Shown here: positions 9,333 to 19,548 of the stretch, piece after piece | Position numbering within the stretch: the stretch's first letter is position 1 | Layout: each line of letters starts with the position of its first letter | Origin: Patescibacteria group bacterium | GTDB lineage: Bacteria; Patescibacteriota; Microgenomatia; UBA8517 | Direction of reading: 5' to 3' | Length of the DNA stretch: 32,375 nucleotides | Assembly (NCBI GenBank): GCA_026416845.1 | Contig: JAOAEL010000001.1 | Span: 83,565-115,939, forward strand | Translations under genes and position numbers: made by a program | The notes under the pieces: generated by a model | The model's database searches: none | What the model was told of the DNA's origin: nothing | What the model saw: only the letters and a program-made list of their open reading frames with translations

Positions 9333-10175
9333 TCAATAACCGCTTTTGCCTTCGTAAATTCTTCTTTTTATTTTTCTCAAAGGTGTTTGAATCAAGGAAG
9401 ACAAAAAAAATTGCATGTCCATTTTCCTCCAAACCGAATCAACTATCTCAGGCCTTTCTCGAAAAAAAACTTCGGGGTAATAGAAATCTTTTGGAAATGA
9501 AATTCCTATCTCATGTTTGTACTTCATCAAACGTTTCGGAACATTAGCTTCACTTTCTCTTCTTGTCGATCTGGGAAGATGAGTAAAATGCATATATCCA
9601 AGCTCTGGAATATATTTTCTTTTATTGTAGTCTCTATATTGAATAAGTATTCCATTTTTATCAAAAAATCCCTGCTGTCCATGCGGCTTATCCACCTTAA
9701 GACCTGGAATCGACATGTTCATAGCCCTAATTGTTACATGCCCCTTATGCTCGTCTATAGAATATTTGCCCGCCGCTTCTTCTTGGTAATGATATATATC
9801 TCCCACAACATTTACATATCTTGTTATTATTGACTCAAACAAATGCCCATGAGAGTTTATTAAATCGGTAATTCTTTTTATCGAATCGTCCCACCAAACT
9901 TCATCGCCATCCAGTATTAATACCCAATCAGATTTTGTTTGTTCAAGCATCTGTTGCCTTACATGAGTAAATTCATCAATTGAGACATCACCAACTTCAA
10001 CAAAATCCAACTTCTTGGGAAACCGCTTTTGAATATACCTGATTATATCTATTGTTTTATCAGTGCTACCTGTATCCCAAACAAGCATTCTATCCACATA
10101 ATCAATAACGCTCATCAGGGAATACCAAACATATCTATCCTCGTTTTTTACAACAGTATGTGACCAAATAGACAT
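9333..10175 (-). CDS. GT2 glycosyltransferase, 280 aa
   Basis: VKNED, DTGSTD and LILDGDE (DxD) motifs. Confidence 0.85.
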   Translation of the reverse strand: MSIWSHTVVKNEDRYVWYSLMSVIDYVDRMLVWDTGSTDKTIDIIRYIQKRFPKKLDFVEVGDVSIDEFTHVRQQMLEQTKSDWVLILDGDEVWWDDSIKRITDLINSHGHLFESIITRYVNVVGDIYHYQEEAAGKYSIDEHKGHVTIRAMNMSIPGLKVDKPHGQQGFFDKNGILIQYRDYNKRKYIPELGYMHFTHLPRSTRRESEANVPKRLMKYKHEIGISFPKDFYYPEVFFRERPEIVDSVWRKMDMQFFLSSLIQTPLRKIKRRIYEGKSGY

Positions 10176-10179
10176 AAGT

Positions 10180-11466
10180 TTATTTCTCTTTTAGTTTACA
10201 TAATACCCACCAAGCAGGAATTATAAAACTAATACACTGCACAACCAAAACCGTCAAAGCGCCTCCGACAACACCATATGAACTGATCATAAACCATCCC
10301 AAAATCGCATTAATCAACAAATTAACAATGGCAATCCATGAAAACAATTTAGGATATTGAAAGAAATAAAATACTGTCTGATGAATAGGCACTGCGACAA
10401 GAAAAATCAGCATCGATATCATAAGTATGATAAACACATTTATAGAAGGCAAATATTCAGAACCAAACAAGACAGGGATAAAATAAATAGCAACAGGTAT
10501 TGAAACTAATCCCAGAAAAGCGATGCCCAAAACCATAACTTGCACTTTTTTAAGGTAAGAAGTTAAATCTTTTTTGTTTTTACAAGCGGCAATTTTAGGA
10601 GCAAGCACAGCGCCTATCGCTCCAACAATTTGAGGAACAACCTGCACAAGCTGATTTGCGGCAGAATATATCCCAACTTGCATACTATCTAAAAGTCTTG
10701 CTGTTATAAATGTATCCAATCTGGAGTTTAAAGCCGCAATTATCGCAAAGCTGGCAATCCATTTGTTATAAGCAAAAAACTCCCCGAATCTTTTATTTTC
10801 ATTTTTTACTTTTATAAAAGAATTGGGAATAAAAACAAAAACCAGTAAAAATCCAATAAAAGGATATATCAAATAAATCAAAATGGAATTAACCACATTC
10901 AATGACCAAAGGTAGCTAGCCAGAAAGATTGACAAAAGTCTTAATCCATTGGTAAATATTTGCAAAAAGCTCCAACTTAAAAATTTCTGATACGATTGAA
11001 GCGCGCATATTGCAAAAGTAAACAAATGCGTAGCCGCCACTCCCAAAAAGACTAATCTCAAAGGAAACTCCAACTCAGGCTTGAAAAAAACAGATCGCGC
11101 GAGATACGACGCCAAAAAATTGCCAATAACAATTACAAAAATGCTGACAATTATTTTTATTTTCAAAGCCAGTTTCAAAAATTGATAGGCTTTATTGGAA
11201 TCAACTTTCACGTATTTCGAAACAAAATTAACAATTCCGCTATTTGTTCCAAAATCTGTGATATCCGCAACCAATGTAAGAGTAACAATAGCAACGCTAA
11301 AAATGCCAAAATCTGAAGGACCTAACATTCTTGCCAAATAAATATAAAAAAATGCTCCTAAAGCTCCATTAATTAATGTGGCAACTGAAGTCAAAGAAGA
11401 ATCTTTCAGAGTCTTAGATTGCAAAACAGTTTTTAGATATTTATATGCAAAATTTCCAAAACGCAT
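10180..11466 (-). CDS. wzx: Wzx-type oligosaccharide flippase (MOP/PST family), 428 aa
   Basis: About 12 TM segments; ARMLGPSDFG, DFG, RLD, VGIYSAA, LFGSEY and YGVVGGA motifs. Confidence 0.85.
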   Translation of the reverse strand: MRFGNFAYKYLKTVLQSKTLKDSSLTSVATLINGALGAFFYIYLARMLGPSDFGIFSVAIVTLTLVADITDFGTNSGIVNFVSKYVKVDSNKAYQFLKLALKIKIIVSIFVIVIGNFLASYLARSVFFKPELEFPLRLVFLGVAATHLFTFAICALQSYQKFLSWSFLQIFTNGLRLLSIFLASYLWSLNVVNSILIYLIYPFIGFLLVFVFIPNSFIKVKNENKRFGEFFAYNKWIASFAIIAALNSRLDTFITARLLDSMQVGIYSAANQLVQVVPQIVGAIGAVLAPKIAACKNKKDLTSYLKKVQVMVLGIAFLGLVSIPVAIYFIPVLFGSEYLPSINVFIILMISMLIFLVAVPIHQTVFYFFQYPKLFSWIAIVNLLINAILGWFMISSYGVVGGALTVLVVQCISFIIPAWWVLCKLKEK

Positions 11467-11507
11467 AAACTAAAATTTTTTAGACAACCACAAATTATGA
11501 AATTCGC

Positions 11508-14294
11508 CTACTTTCTCTCATTTTTGTTTGTAATTTTGAATGTAAGAAAATTCGAGATGAATACAATCAAAATAAATGTTACAAAAAACACACTGACATA
11601 AAAGCCAATTTCAACAAATTTGTTAGGGTAATAAAAAATTTTATATTCTCCAGAATTTGAAACAACAAAACCATTTGCAAAACTATACACAGGTAAAGAT
11701 TGGCTCGAATTTAGGATCCATAATTTGTCATAGGTATTGGTAAAAACAATAGTTGCTCTATTATTTAAATTTTTCACATTCAGCAAATACTCAGTGGAAT
11801 TTAATTTACGGTAGGACAAAGTTGCAGTGTTAGAAACATTTTGCGAAAACAGATTTTTTTTGTCTTTTAGGTTCATATTCTCCCATTGATTTATTTCAAT
11901 ATCCTTAGTAGAAAAAATTATTTTTTGCAATTCATCTTTCTCAATCACAACTAAAGCGTTAATAACATTCAAATCACCTTGGGTTTTTATTGTTATACTT
12001 TCATAAGATATCAGCTCACCCACCTTAACCCACAAAAAATTAGAATCATAAAAAGTTAACTCTTTATCTTTGGTATCTCCATACCCTTTAACAGCCCTGA
12101 TAATCTCCCTCGGATTTTCAACTTTTGTTTGTATCGAACCAATCTCTTTGCCGCTCTGCCAAAAACTTACTTTTCCTCCTTTTTTGCTAAATAAAACTCT
12201 TGCATAAAGATCGCCTTGCTTTTTGAAAGATTGATCAATAATTTCAAGTTCAGATTCTCTTTCGGCAATAGCCCAACCGCCACCATAATCAAAATCCGTG
12301 TTATCTATTAAATATTTTTCCTGCAAAAAAGATCTCCACCAAACAAAATCCATGCTTTCTCTTTTCCACCAAGAGCTTTGAGAGGGCGAAAAGTCCAAAT
12401 TTTTAGAAGGGAAGACATATCTGCCAGTGTCAATAAAGGAGAGGTATAAATCAAGCAAATTTTTGTTATACAAAATTACTTTGCGAATATCTCCACTTTT
12501 GACATAAGAACTTAGATTGTGCGATTCTTCAATAAACAAAAGCGGATTTTTTGACAAATCCGCACCCAGAAAATCAATTTCTTCATAAATCTTGTCACTG
12601 CCTACAACACCAACTGTTTCGTTGGCAAGATATATAAGATCCTTGTTGCTTTTAGTTTGCAAAAAGGCAACCGGATAATCGTATATTAAATTGCCAAACC
12701 ATTTAGTGTTTTTTAGCTGATCTAAAAAAGTAAAATAATAATTCCTCTCATCCTCTGAAACTTCCTTTCTCCTAATGTCATAAAAAGGATAAGCGACATA
12801 TTTGATACCTGCCATATCCAAAAATTTATCCATATAAGACGAATCTCTCAGAAAATTCATTGTTTCATATGTGCCTATTATGCCTGTCGCAAAAGGCCTA
12901 ATTTTGATCAATTCATACGCAGAAACAGAAGGATTTTCCAAAGCGGCATAACCAAGAGGCGGTCTTTGAGGCAACCACAGAACCCTGCCGAAACCTTGAT
13001 CATCCAGTAAATGTTTCTTAATCTTTTCAAATTCATTTAAGTAAATCGGTTTTGACAAGGTTCCTGTCATTAAGTTTGTATATGTTGGATACATCAACAA
13101 AAACCAAACAAACAAAAAAGATGAGGTAAAAAATGGAATTGAAATATTTTTGACTTTTAAAATTAATTTATATTTTTTCTCTAAAACAGTTATAGAAAAA
13201 CCAAGCAATACCGCAAAGGAAAGACAAACCAAAAAGAAAAACTTGGTTGGATCTCTAAACATAGAAAAACCCGGTATATTTAAAAAAAGCCATTCATATA
13301 TAGATCCAAATGGTTCTTTACTTCCTTTAACTAAAAATACAAATACTAAACAAATCAAAAACCAAAAAGCGACATGTTTGTTGCGTCTAACAAAAATTGG
13401 AGTCAAAAAAACAAATATCGCAATCATGCCAAAAAATGAATTTATTTTTGCTATTTCGCCAAAATTATTTTTGTGCCAGTGGGGAGAAATAACAAAAAGT
13501 CCATGACTTAGACTCGCAAAACTTAATTCCCGAACTTGAGACAACCTGTCATAGCCAAGCGGCAAAGATGGAGGTTGTACCAAAAGCGCAGGCAAAAGCC
13601 AATAAAAATTAAACGTCACAAAAACAAAACAAACTACTAAAAAAGTTTTGAAAAATTCAAATAACTTATTTAGTGAATCCTCAAATGAAGAAAAAACTAT
13701 GGTAACAAAAATATAAAAAAACATTAGCAAAAACAACACATAAACAAACCTGATATCAAAATACCCAAGTATGGTGATAGACAAAGCGGCAAGCAGTTTT
13801 TTATAAAACGACTTTTTTTGCGATTCTATAAAACTAAAAAAGCAAAAAGGCAAAAAAGCATATGCCAAAGCAATCAAATACTGACCTCCATCAATCAAAA
13901 GCACGATATAAGTATTTGCAAGATAAAACAAAGTGGCAACTAATTTTCCATTTTTGCTAATTTGATATAAACTCAACAATTTTGAAAAAGAATAAATACC
14001 CAAAAACAAAAATAAATAAAAACCCAAAATCCTGTATAAAAGACTAAATGGCAATCCAATTTGCGCTCCGAAAGCATACAAAAAATTCATAGGCCACGCC
14101 CACATGGTGGAAATTGCGTAATTTCCAAAACCGTTATACTCTCCAGTCCAAATACGAGGCATATCATAACCAGTTTTTAATACTTCCTCCGCGACATCAG
14201 GGAAATCGTTAGCAACCCTTATTCCGGGCAACAAAAAACTGGAATAAACAACTGCAAGCGCTAAAAGAAGCAATAAGAATCTAATTTTACCCAT
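11508..14294 (-). CDS. Large membrane protein, AftD(DUF3367)/YfhO-like putative GT-C glycosyltransferase with a beta-rich extracellular insert, 928 aa
   Basis: N-terminal polytopic domain (NFYW, KGSKEPFG...MFRDPTKF), then RVLWLP, GIKYV, LNSTEY, IVFTNTYDKLW, FANGF and a C-terminal TM anchor. Confidence 0.65.
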   Translation of the reverse strand: MGKIRFLLLLLALAVVYSSFLLPGIRVANDFPDVAEEVLKTGYDMPRIWTGEYNGFGNYAISTMWAWPMNFLYAFGAQIGLPFSLLYRILGFYLFLFLGIYSFSKLLSLYQISKNGKLVATLFYLANTYIVLLIDGGQYLIALAYAFLPFCFFSFIESQKKSFYKKLLAALSITILGYFDIRFVYVLFLLMFFYIFVTIVFSSFEDSLNKLFEFFKTFLVVCFVFVTFNFYWLLPALLVQPPSLPLGYDRLSQVRELSFASLSHGLFVISPHWHKNNFGEIAKINSFFGMIAIFVFLTPIFVRRNKHVAFWFLICLVFVFLVKGSKEPFGSIYEWLFLNIPGFSMFRDPTKFFFLVCLSFAVLLGFSITVLEKKYKLILKVKNISIPFFTSSFLFVWFLLMYPTYTNLMTGTLSKPIYLNEFEKIKKHLLDDQGFGRVLWLPQRPPLGYAALENPSVSAYELIKIRPFATGIIGTYETMNFLRDSSYMDKFLDMAGIKYVAYPFYDIRRKEVSEDERNYYFTFLDQLKNTKWFGNLIYDYPVAFLQTKSNKDLIYLANETVGVVGSDKIYEEIDFLGADLSKNPLLFIEESHNLSSYVKSGDIRKVILYNKNLLDLYLSFIDTGRYVFPSKNLDFSPSQSSWWKRESMDFVWWRSFLQEKYLIDNTDFDYGGGWAIAERESELEIIDQSFKKQGDLYARVLFSKKGGKVSFWQSGKEIGSIQTKVENPREIIRAVKGYGDTKDKELTFYDSNFLWVKVGELISYESITIKTQGDLNVINALVVIEKDELQKIIFSTKDIEINQWENMNLKDKKNLFSQNVSNTATLSYRKLNSTEYLLNVKNLNNRATIVFTNTYDKLWILNSSQSLPVYSFANGFVVSNSGEYKIFYYPNKFVEIGFYVSVFFVTFILIVFISNFLTFKITNKNERK

Positions 14295-14499
14295 TTTTGA
14301 TTTCTAAAAAATACCTAACTAAACCTATAATTGACAAAAAATAAGCGTACATGACTAAATTTGATCCCAAATTTTCTCCTCCCAAAATTAAAACTAAAAC
14401 AGACAGAAACAAAACTAATACAGAAACTAAAAACAAATACATACTTTTAATCCGAAAAAAAACAGCAACAAACAATCCTAAAAAAAGAAATATAATCAT
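14287..14499 (-). CDS. Small hydrophobic membrane protein (about 3 TM), 70 aa
   Basis: ATG start; ATGA overlap with the upstream gene and 8-bp overlap with the downstream gene; almost entirely hydrophobic. Confidence 0.75.
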   Translation of the reverse strand: MIIFLFLGLFVAVFFRIKSMYLFLVSVLVLFLSVLVLILGGENLGSNLVMYAYFLSIIGLVRYFLEIKNG

Positions 14500-14735
14500 T
14501 TTGTTCTTTTCACCAATAAAACACCAAAAAGAAAATAAATTAATAAAAATACAAAAGAGAGTCTAAAAGAAAACTCGGCGGCTTTTGTGAAATTAAACGC
14601 ATACAAAAAAATTCCAAGAAAAAACAAAAACAGACAATTGCGTGAGAATAGACCAATTTTCACTTTCTTTTTTATTAAAAAAAGGTAAACAAAAAACAAA
14701 AATACAAACCAATAAAAACCTGTTTCAATTAACAT
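14496..14735 (-). CDS. Small hydrophobic membrane protein (about 3 TM), 79 aa
   Basis: ATG start overlapping the upstream stop by 11 bp. With the 70-aa ORF it fills the gap between two large genes with no free intergenic DNA. Confidence 0.72.
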   Translation of the reverse strand: MLIETGFYWFVFLFFVYLFLIKKKVKIGLFSRNCLFLFFLGIFLYAFNFTKAAEFSFRLSFVFLLIYFLFGVLLVKRTK

Positions 14736-17655
14736 GTCTTCTCTTTTTTATTTTTACAAATAAATAAATCATTAATAATCCAGTCACAGTTATTAGTGAT
14801 ATCTTTTTACCAATCTCAAGAATCTTCTGTGGTGTATAAATCACTTTTATCTCATATTCTCCAGCTCTATCTATAATCCAGGCATTTGCGTAAATGTTCA
14901 CTTTCAAATGTTTTTTAGTGTCTATTAACTCATTGTCATGATAATAAACATGCCAACGCGAATCAAATAATTCTGAAAAAACAAGAATTTCTTGTTCATT
15001 ATCTTTTTTTGAAATTCGCACTTTATACTCGGTCGGATTGATATAAATATAATCCATAATTAATGTGCTTGTTTTTTGGGGCAATTCATTGTTTTTTAGC
15101 AAAGCAATATTTTCTCTTTCTTCCGAAGCAACAGCTATTTCATACTCTTCTTCTTCAAAATAAACACTTTTTTCCACATCGATCAAACTGCCATTTAAAT
15201 AAACTTTATCTGACTTGGCAACGCCCAATATATTATATTCTCCTTTGGAACTAACATTAAACTTATAAACATAAAACTTATTTTCTTGTTCAACTAAATA
15301 TTTTGGCTTTTTCACAATTAAATCAATAAAAGATCTTCTGAGTTCGTCAGCCAAAGGCGAATCAATTCTATCAAAAAGCTCAATGTGCAAAGACAAAGAT
15401 TGTCTTATAAGACCGGATAATGGCGTGCCTTCATAGTTTGACTTAAATATTGGCAATAATTCGTAAAACAATAATCTATAATCTTTTTCGGCTTTTCCCA
15501 AAATATCATCATTCAAGGAATCAAGCATTTTCAATTTATAAATTTCAACAGCTCTTTTGCCTAACAATCCTATTTTAAATATTGCTTTTGAATCTGAGTC
15601 TTTTTGTAAATAAAGCTCGAAAAGTTCTTTATATCTAACAAAAGGGTAAAAAAATGAATTGTGCAAATGCTCTACATGAAATAATCTTGCTAATATGTCA
15701 TCATCACTAAAAAATCTAAAATCTAAGATTTGATCCTTGTCATATAAATAACTATCCTTCTCTGGAAAAATCAAATCATAATTAGAACCAAAATTATCTT
15801 CATAAGACAAATAAGAATTTCTAAATTCGTTTCTCCCAAAAGCATTTTCTATTAAAACTAAATCTTCCGAGTTTGATTTAATTACGTTTTCTGCAATATA
15901 AAACTTTGGCAAAGAATAATCTTCATTTAACTCATATATTTTTATTTTTCCCGCGTTAAAAACCGGTTTTATTTTGCCTTCACCAATTAATTTTTCAATA
16001 TTCTCTTTCAAAACTTCCGGGTTAACCAATCCCCTTAATTCGTAATCAATATCTTCTCTAATAAGAATGTATTTCACATTAAGATACCTTAAGGCGGAAA
16101 GGAAAATCTCCTGATTTTGGTAATTTTCTATGCTTTTTACAATTTCATAGTAATAAGGTATTGTAGTATTAAAGGAAATAACAGGGGTGTCAAATATAGC
16201 ATTGGAAAGCTCAACTCCCGAATACGGATAATCCCAAGTGTATGTCATGCCCTCTCCACCCAGCGGCAAAACCAAAGTTCTTTGATAATTAGCATTTTCA
16301 TACAAAAATTTGTTCGCCTCATCATAATAATCCGGAACTTTTACGGAATAATCATCAGTAATGCCATCTCTAAAACCAGCGTTACTGGACAAAACATTCC
16401 CTGAGATAAAAGGATAAATATACACAAGAATTAGGATAAAAAAAATTAAATACGAAACTTCTGAAATAATTCTTCCAAAACTAATTTCGTTAACCGCAAT
16501 GACGCTTAATATTACAGTTGGCAAAATTAAAACCAAACTAAATTTTTCAAATGGATTTCTGAACACCTGCATAACTGAAAACTGATTAAATAAAACTGTG
16601 AATGATTCACCAAACGGAGGATTAGACCCTTTTGCAAGAAAAAGCAAAACAATAAAAACAAATATTAAAACTTTATAAATCTCCTTAACTTCCCGGCTCA
16701 AAGACCAAACAATAATTAGCGCAACAGGCAAGAAAGACAAAATATTTACAGGAAAAAATTTGTATACGCTAGCCCAAGATAAACCATTAGCAAAATCTTC
16801 GTGGATTAGTCTAAAAACGCTTACAAAATTGCCAAGACGACTACTGGTATCAGTTAATATAGCTAAATTCCCATCTGGAGAAAAAAAATTTGAAACAACT
16901 GAATTATAATTGCTAGAAGCGCTAAAAGAAAAAATTTGTGAAATCCACCAAAAATTAGAAAGCGCAAAAAGTACCACTGAAAGTAAAAAGTACTTAACTG
17001 CAAAAAAGAGATATTTCAAATCTTTGCGCACTAAAATCATCCCCAATGTGGCAAATGAAAACAAAACGTACATATTTAACACAAGAGCCAATGAAGAAAA
17101 AGCGTAAGCGCCAACAAATAAAAAAACATTAAGCGGCAATAAAATCAGAAAACTTCTTTTTACCAAACCTTCAATAAACAAGCAAAATGCAATCGGCAAA
17201 ATTGCCCAAAAAACAATAAAATTATTTAAAAAACGATTCCAGATATTAAAAGCGACAATCGGATTAAACCAATAAAATAAAATTGCGAGAATAACATATT
17301 TTTTTCCTATTTGGGGAGATAAAAATTTACATAAATTAACTATGCCAATTCCGGATAAAACAAATGCAAGGTAAAAAAAAGTAAATTGTTGAAGGTAAGC
17401 CGGCAAACCTAAACCATTTAGTAAACTAAAAAATCCATAAAAATAATTTCCGGAAGTTGTGGTATATGTTGAATTTCCAAGCGCATTTGGCGACCATGTA
17501 TAAGATGCGTGCAAATATTCTTTTGCGATATTATAAAAAGGCAATCCGGATTCTCCGACTCCCTTTATCAGCCCATCTTTAAACCACCACAAAAGCAAAA
17601 AAAATGGAAACAAAAGAAGAAAAATTAATAATAACTTATTTTTCAGCAACCACAC
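14725..17655 (-). CDS. Large membrane protein, AftD(DUF3367)/YfhO-like putative GT-C glycosyltransferase with an internal DUF5667-like helical module, 976 aa
   Basis: GTG start; WFKDG...GES loop, NFWWI, KGSNPPFG...VFRNPFEKF, VPDYY, RTLVLP, NVKYILIREDID, INPTEY, LVFSELFDSRW, YANAW, and YTPQ followed by a C-terminal TM. Confidence 0.68.
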   Translation of the reverse strand: MWLLKNKLLLIFLLLFPFFLLLWWFKDGLIKGVGESGLPFYNIAKEYLHASYTWSPNALGNSTYTTTSGNYFYGFFSLLNGLGLPAYLQQFTFFYLAFVLSGIGIVNLCKFLSPQIGKKYVILAILFYWFNPIVAFNIWNRFLNNFIVFWAILPIAFCLFIEGLVKRSFLILLPLNVFLFVGAYAFSSLALVLNMYVLFSFATLGMILVRKDLKYLFFAVKYFLLSVVLFALSNFWWISQIFSFSASSNYNSVVSNFFSPDGNLAILTDTSSRLGNFVSVFRLIHEDFANGLSWASVYKFFPVNILSFLPVALIIVWSLSREVKEIYKVLIFVFIVLLFLAKGSNPPFGESFTVLFNQFSVMQVFRNPFEKFSLVLILPTVILSVIAVNEISFGRIISEVSYLIFFILILVYIYPFISGNVLSSNAGFRDGITDDYSVKVPDYYDEANKFLYENANYQRTLVLPLGGEGMTYTWDYPYSGVELSNAIFDTPVISFNTTIPYYYEIVKSIENYQNQEIFLSALRYLNVKYILIREDIDYELRGLVNPEVLKENIEKLIGEGKIKPVFNAGKIKIYELNEDYSLPKFYIAENVIKSNSEDLVLIENAFGRNEFRNSYLSYEDNFGSNYDLIFPEKDSYLYDKDQILDFRFFSDDDILARLFHVEHLHNSFFYPFVRYKELFELYLQKDSDSKAIFKIGLLGKRAVEIYKLKMLDSLNDDILGKAEKDYRLLFYELLPIFKSNYEGTPLSGLIRQSLSLHIELFDRIDSPLADELRRSFIDLIVKKPKYLVEQENKFYVYKFNVSSKGEYNILGVAKSDKVYLNGSLIDVEKSVYFEEEEYEIAVASEERENIALLKNNELPQKTSTLIMDYIYINPTEYKVRISKKDNEQEILVFSELFDSRWHVYYHDNELIDTKKHLKVNIYANAWIIDRAGEYEIKVIYTPQKILEIGKKISLITVTGLLMIYLFVKIKKRRHVN

Positions 17656-18493
17656 GTATTACTTCCCCTTTCCCAAATTTGGTCAGAACAAAAGAAATCA
17701 TCAAAGACAAAGGAATAGTTATATAAAACAAAAATTTGCGGTTGTATTTATTCAATATTGAAAAAGAGAAATTTAAATTCGCTTTAAAAGGATAATAAAT
17801 GTCAATTTTCTTAAAACCACAACTGCGCAAAAATTTTTTGATGCCGTCACTGGTCCAATATATTGTGTGCTGGGGGACTCTTAACCAGTTATAATATTTC
17901 CCAAATATGATAAACAATAAAGAATTCGCATTTGGCACTTCTATAAAAAGTTTAGCTTTTCTTTTGAGAACTTTGTAAATAACTTTTATATCTTTTTTCG
18001 GATTGGTCAAATGTTCTAACACATGCCACATAGTCACACAATCCAAATTATTTACATTTACAATGCCTAACCTTTCTAGATCGCTATAATAGTTATTTGT
18101 GTCTCCAATGTTTCTTTTAAATAACTTTTTCGCAGACAAAGATATATCGTATCCATATACTTCCCAGCCTAGGGCTTTCATTTTTGCTAAAAAGGTTGAG
18201 TCTCCGCATCCATAATCTAAAATTTTGGCGTTTTCTTTCTTAATAAATTTTTGAACCAATTTGTCATAAGGCAAATACAAATGCAACCTAAACAATTTAT
18301 CTATCAAAAAATTTTTAGGGCAAGGATTGACAAAATATTCATCTTTATATATTTTCTTAACATTCCTAGGAAATGGATATAAGAAAAAGTTAAAACAATT
18401 GCCGCAATATACATAAGAAAAAAAATCAGAAACTTCAAAAGACCTAGTTTTTTCACTTATATATTTATGACAAACTGTGCACTTTAACTTCAT
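17636..18493 (-). CDS. Class I SAM-dependent methyltransferase with an N-terminal CxxC...CxxC zinc ribbon, 285 aa
   Basis: CTVC...CGNC, ILDYGCGDS, TMWHVLEH, IEVPN and PQH motifs. Confidence 0.88.
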   Translation of the reverse strand: MKLKCTVCHKYISEKTRSFEVSDFFSYVYCGNCFNFFLYPFPRNVKKIYKDEYFVNPCPKNFLIDKLFRLHLYLPYDKLVQKFIKKENAKILDYGCGDSTFLAKMKALGWEVYGYDISLSAKKLFKRNIGDTNNYYSDLERLGIVNVNNLDCVTMWHVLEHLTNPKKDIKVIYKVLKRKAKLFIEVPNANSLLFIIFGKYYNWLRVPQHTIYWTSDGIKKFLRSCGFKKIDIYYPFKANLNFSFSILNKYNRKFLFYITIPLSLMISFVLTKFGKGEVIRVVAEK

Positions 18494-19548
18494 TGTTTAA
18501 CTAAAAAAACTTTTTTAACCTTCTGCCTTGCGTACCAAATAGAATCCCAAACTATCGAAAAAACATTCCCTCTCTCAGATACAAAATCCATCCAAACAGA
18601 ATCTGCGAACTTTCTTCTGGATTGGACTATTTTTCTTTGTTCAAGCGTATCTTTTATATAAAAAATGTTCCAAGCAAAAGCTAAAGCAAAGCCAATAATT
18701 GGCATAAATTTAAACTGAAACAAATTATACAATCCCCGCAAAAAAAGCATAAAAATAACAAGTGGCAAATATCTAAAAACATTTAGCAAAGAATAATTTT
18801 TTATTACGATTCTAATTGTTTTAGCAAATTCATATTCCCAAATAAGTTTATTAATCATTTGGCCTCTTAACTTTGAACTTTTTGCGGTCCAGTGATATAT
18901 GATAGAACGAGTAGCCGTAACAGTTTTATATCCTGAAACCCATAAACGTATCGCTAAATCCAAATCATCTATATTAAACCTGAGTTTTTCATCATAAAAC
19001 CCAAACTTTGCCACCACACTTTTTCTAAAAACCACATTAGTAGCGCCTGCTAAACTATACTCTTTGCTAACATATTGGCCCTTATCTTCTTCACCAAAAC
19101 CCACGCATTTAACCCACATGAATTGTTTGTACAATCTTATTGCTGTGGTTTGTATTATTTTTCTTTGATTTATATCAAGTGTTTTGCCTTGAGTGGCAAC
19201 AACGCTTTTGTCTTCTTCTAAAATTGCAATATGTTCATCCAACCAATCAGACGCAACTTCCACATCATGGTCCAAAAGAGCAACATATTTACCCTTTGAC
19301 TTTTTAAAACCTAAAGATCTGGCGCCTGCTAACCATAAACGCTTCTTCGATAAAAACACTTTCAATTTCTTATTCTTGAATTTTGAAACTACTTGATAGT
19401 AAGTATCTGTATCATTCCCATCTACAATAACCAAAATCTCATAACACGGGTAATTTATTTTAAGCACAGAATTTATACAAGCATTTATATAAGGTTTGCT
19501 TTTGTACATTGGGATAACCACAGAAACAAGCGGCAATCTATTTTGCAT
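18490..19548 (-). CDS. GT2 glycosyltransferase (WbbL/rhamnosyltransferase-like subgroup), 352 aa
   Basis: VSVVIP, VDG, LLDHDV, FYDEK, DDLDLAIR and IYH motifs. Confidence 0.87.
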   Translation of the reverse strand: MQNRLPLVSVVIPMYKSKPYINACINSVLKINYPCYEILVIVDGNDTDTYYQVVSKFKNKKLKVFLSKKRLWLAGARSLGFKKSKGKYVALLDHDVEVASDWLDEHIAILEEDKSVVATQGKTLDINQRKIIQTTAIRLYKQFMWVKCVGFGEEDKGQYVSKEYSLAGATNVVFRKSVVAKFGFYDEKLRFNIDDLDLAIRLWVSGYKTVTATRSIIYHWTAKSSKLRGQMINKLIWEYEFAKTIRIVIKNYSLLNVFRYLPLVIFMLFLRGLYNLFQFKFMPIIGFALAFAWNIFYIKDTLEQRKIVQSRRKFADSVWMDFVSERGNVFSIVWDSIWYARQKVKKVFLVKQ

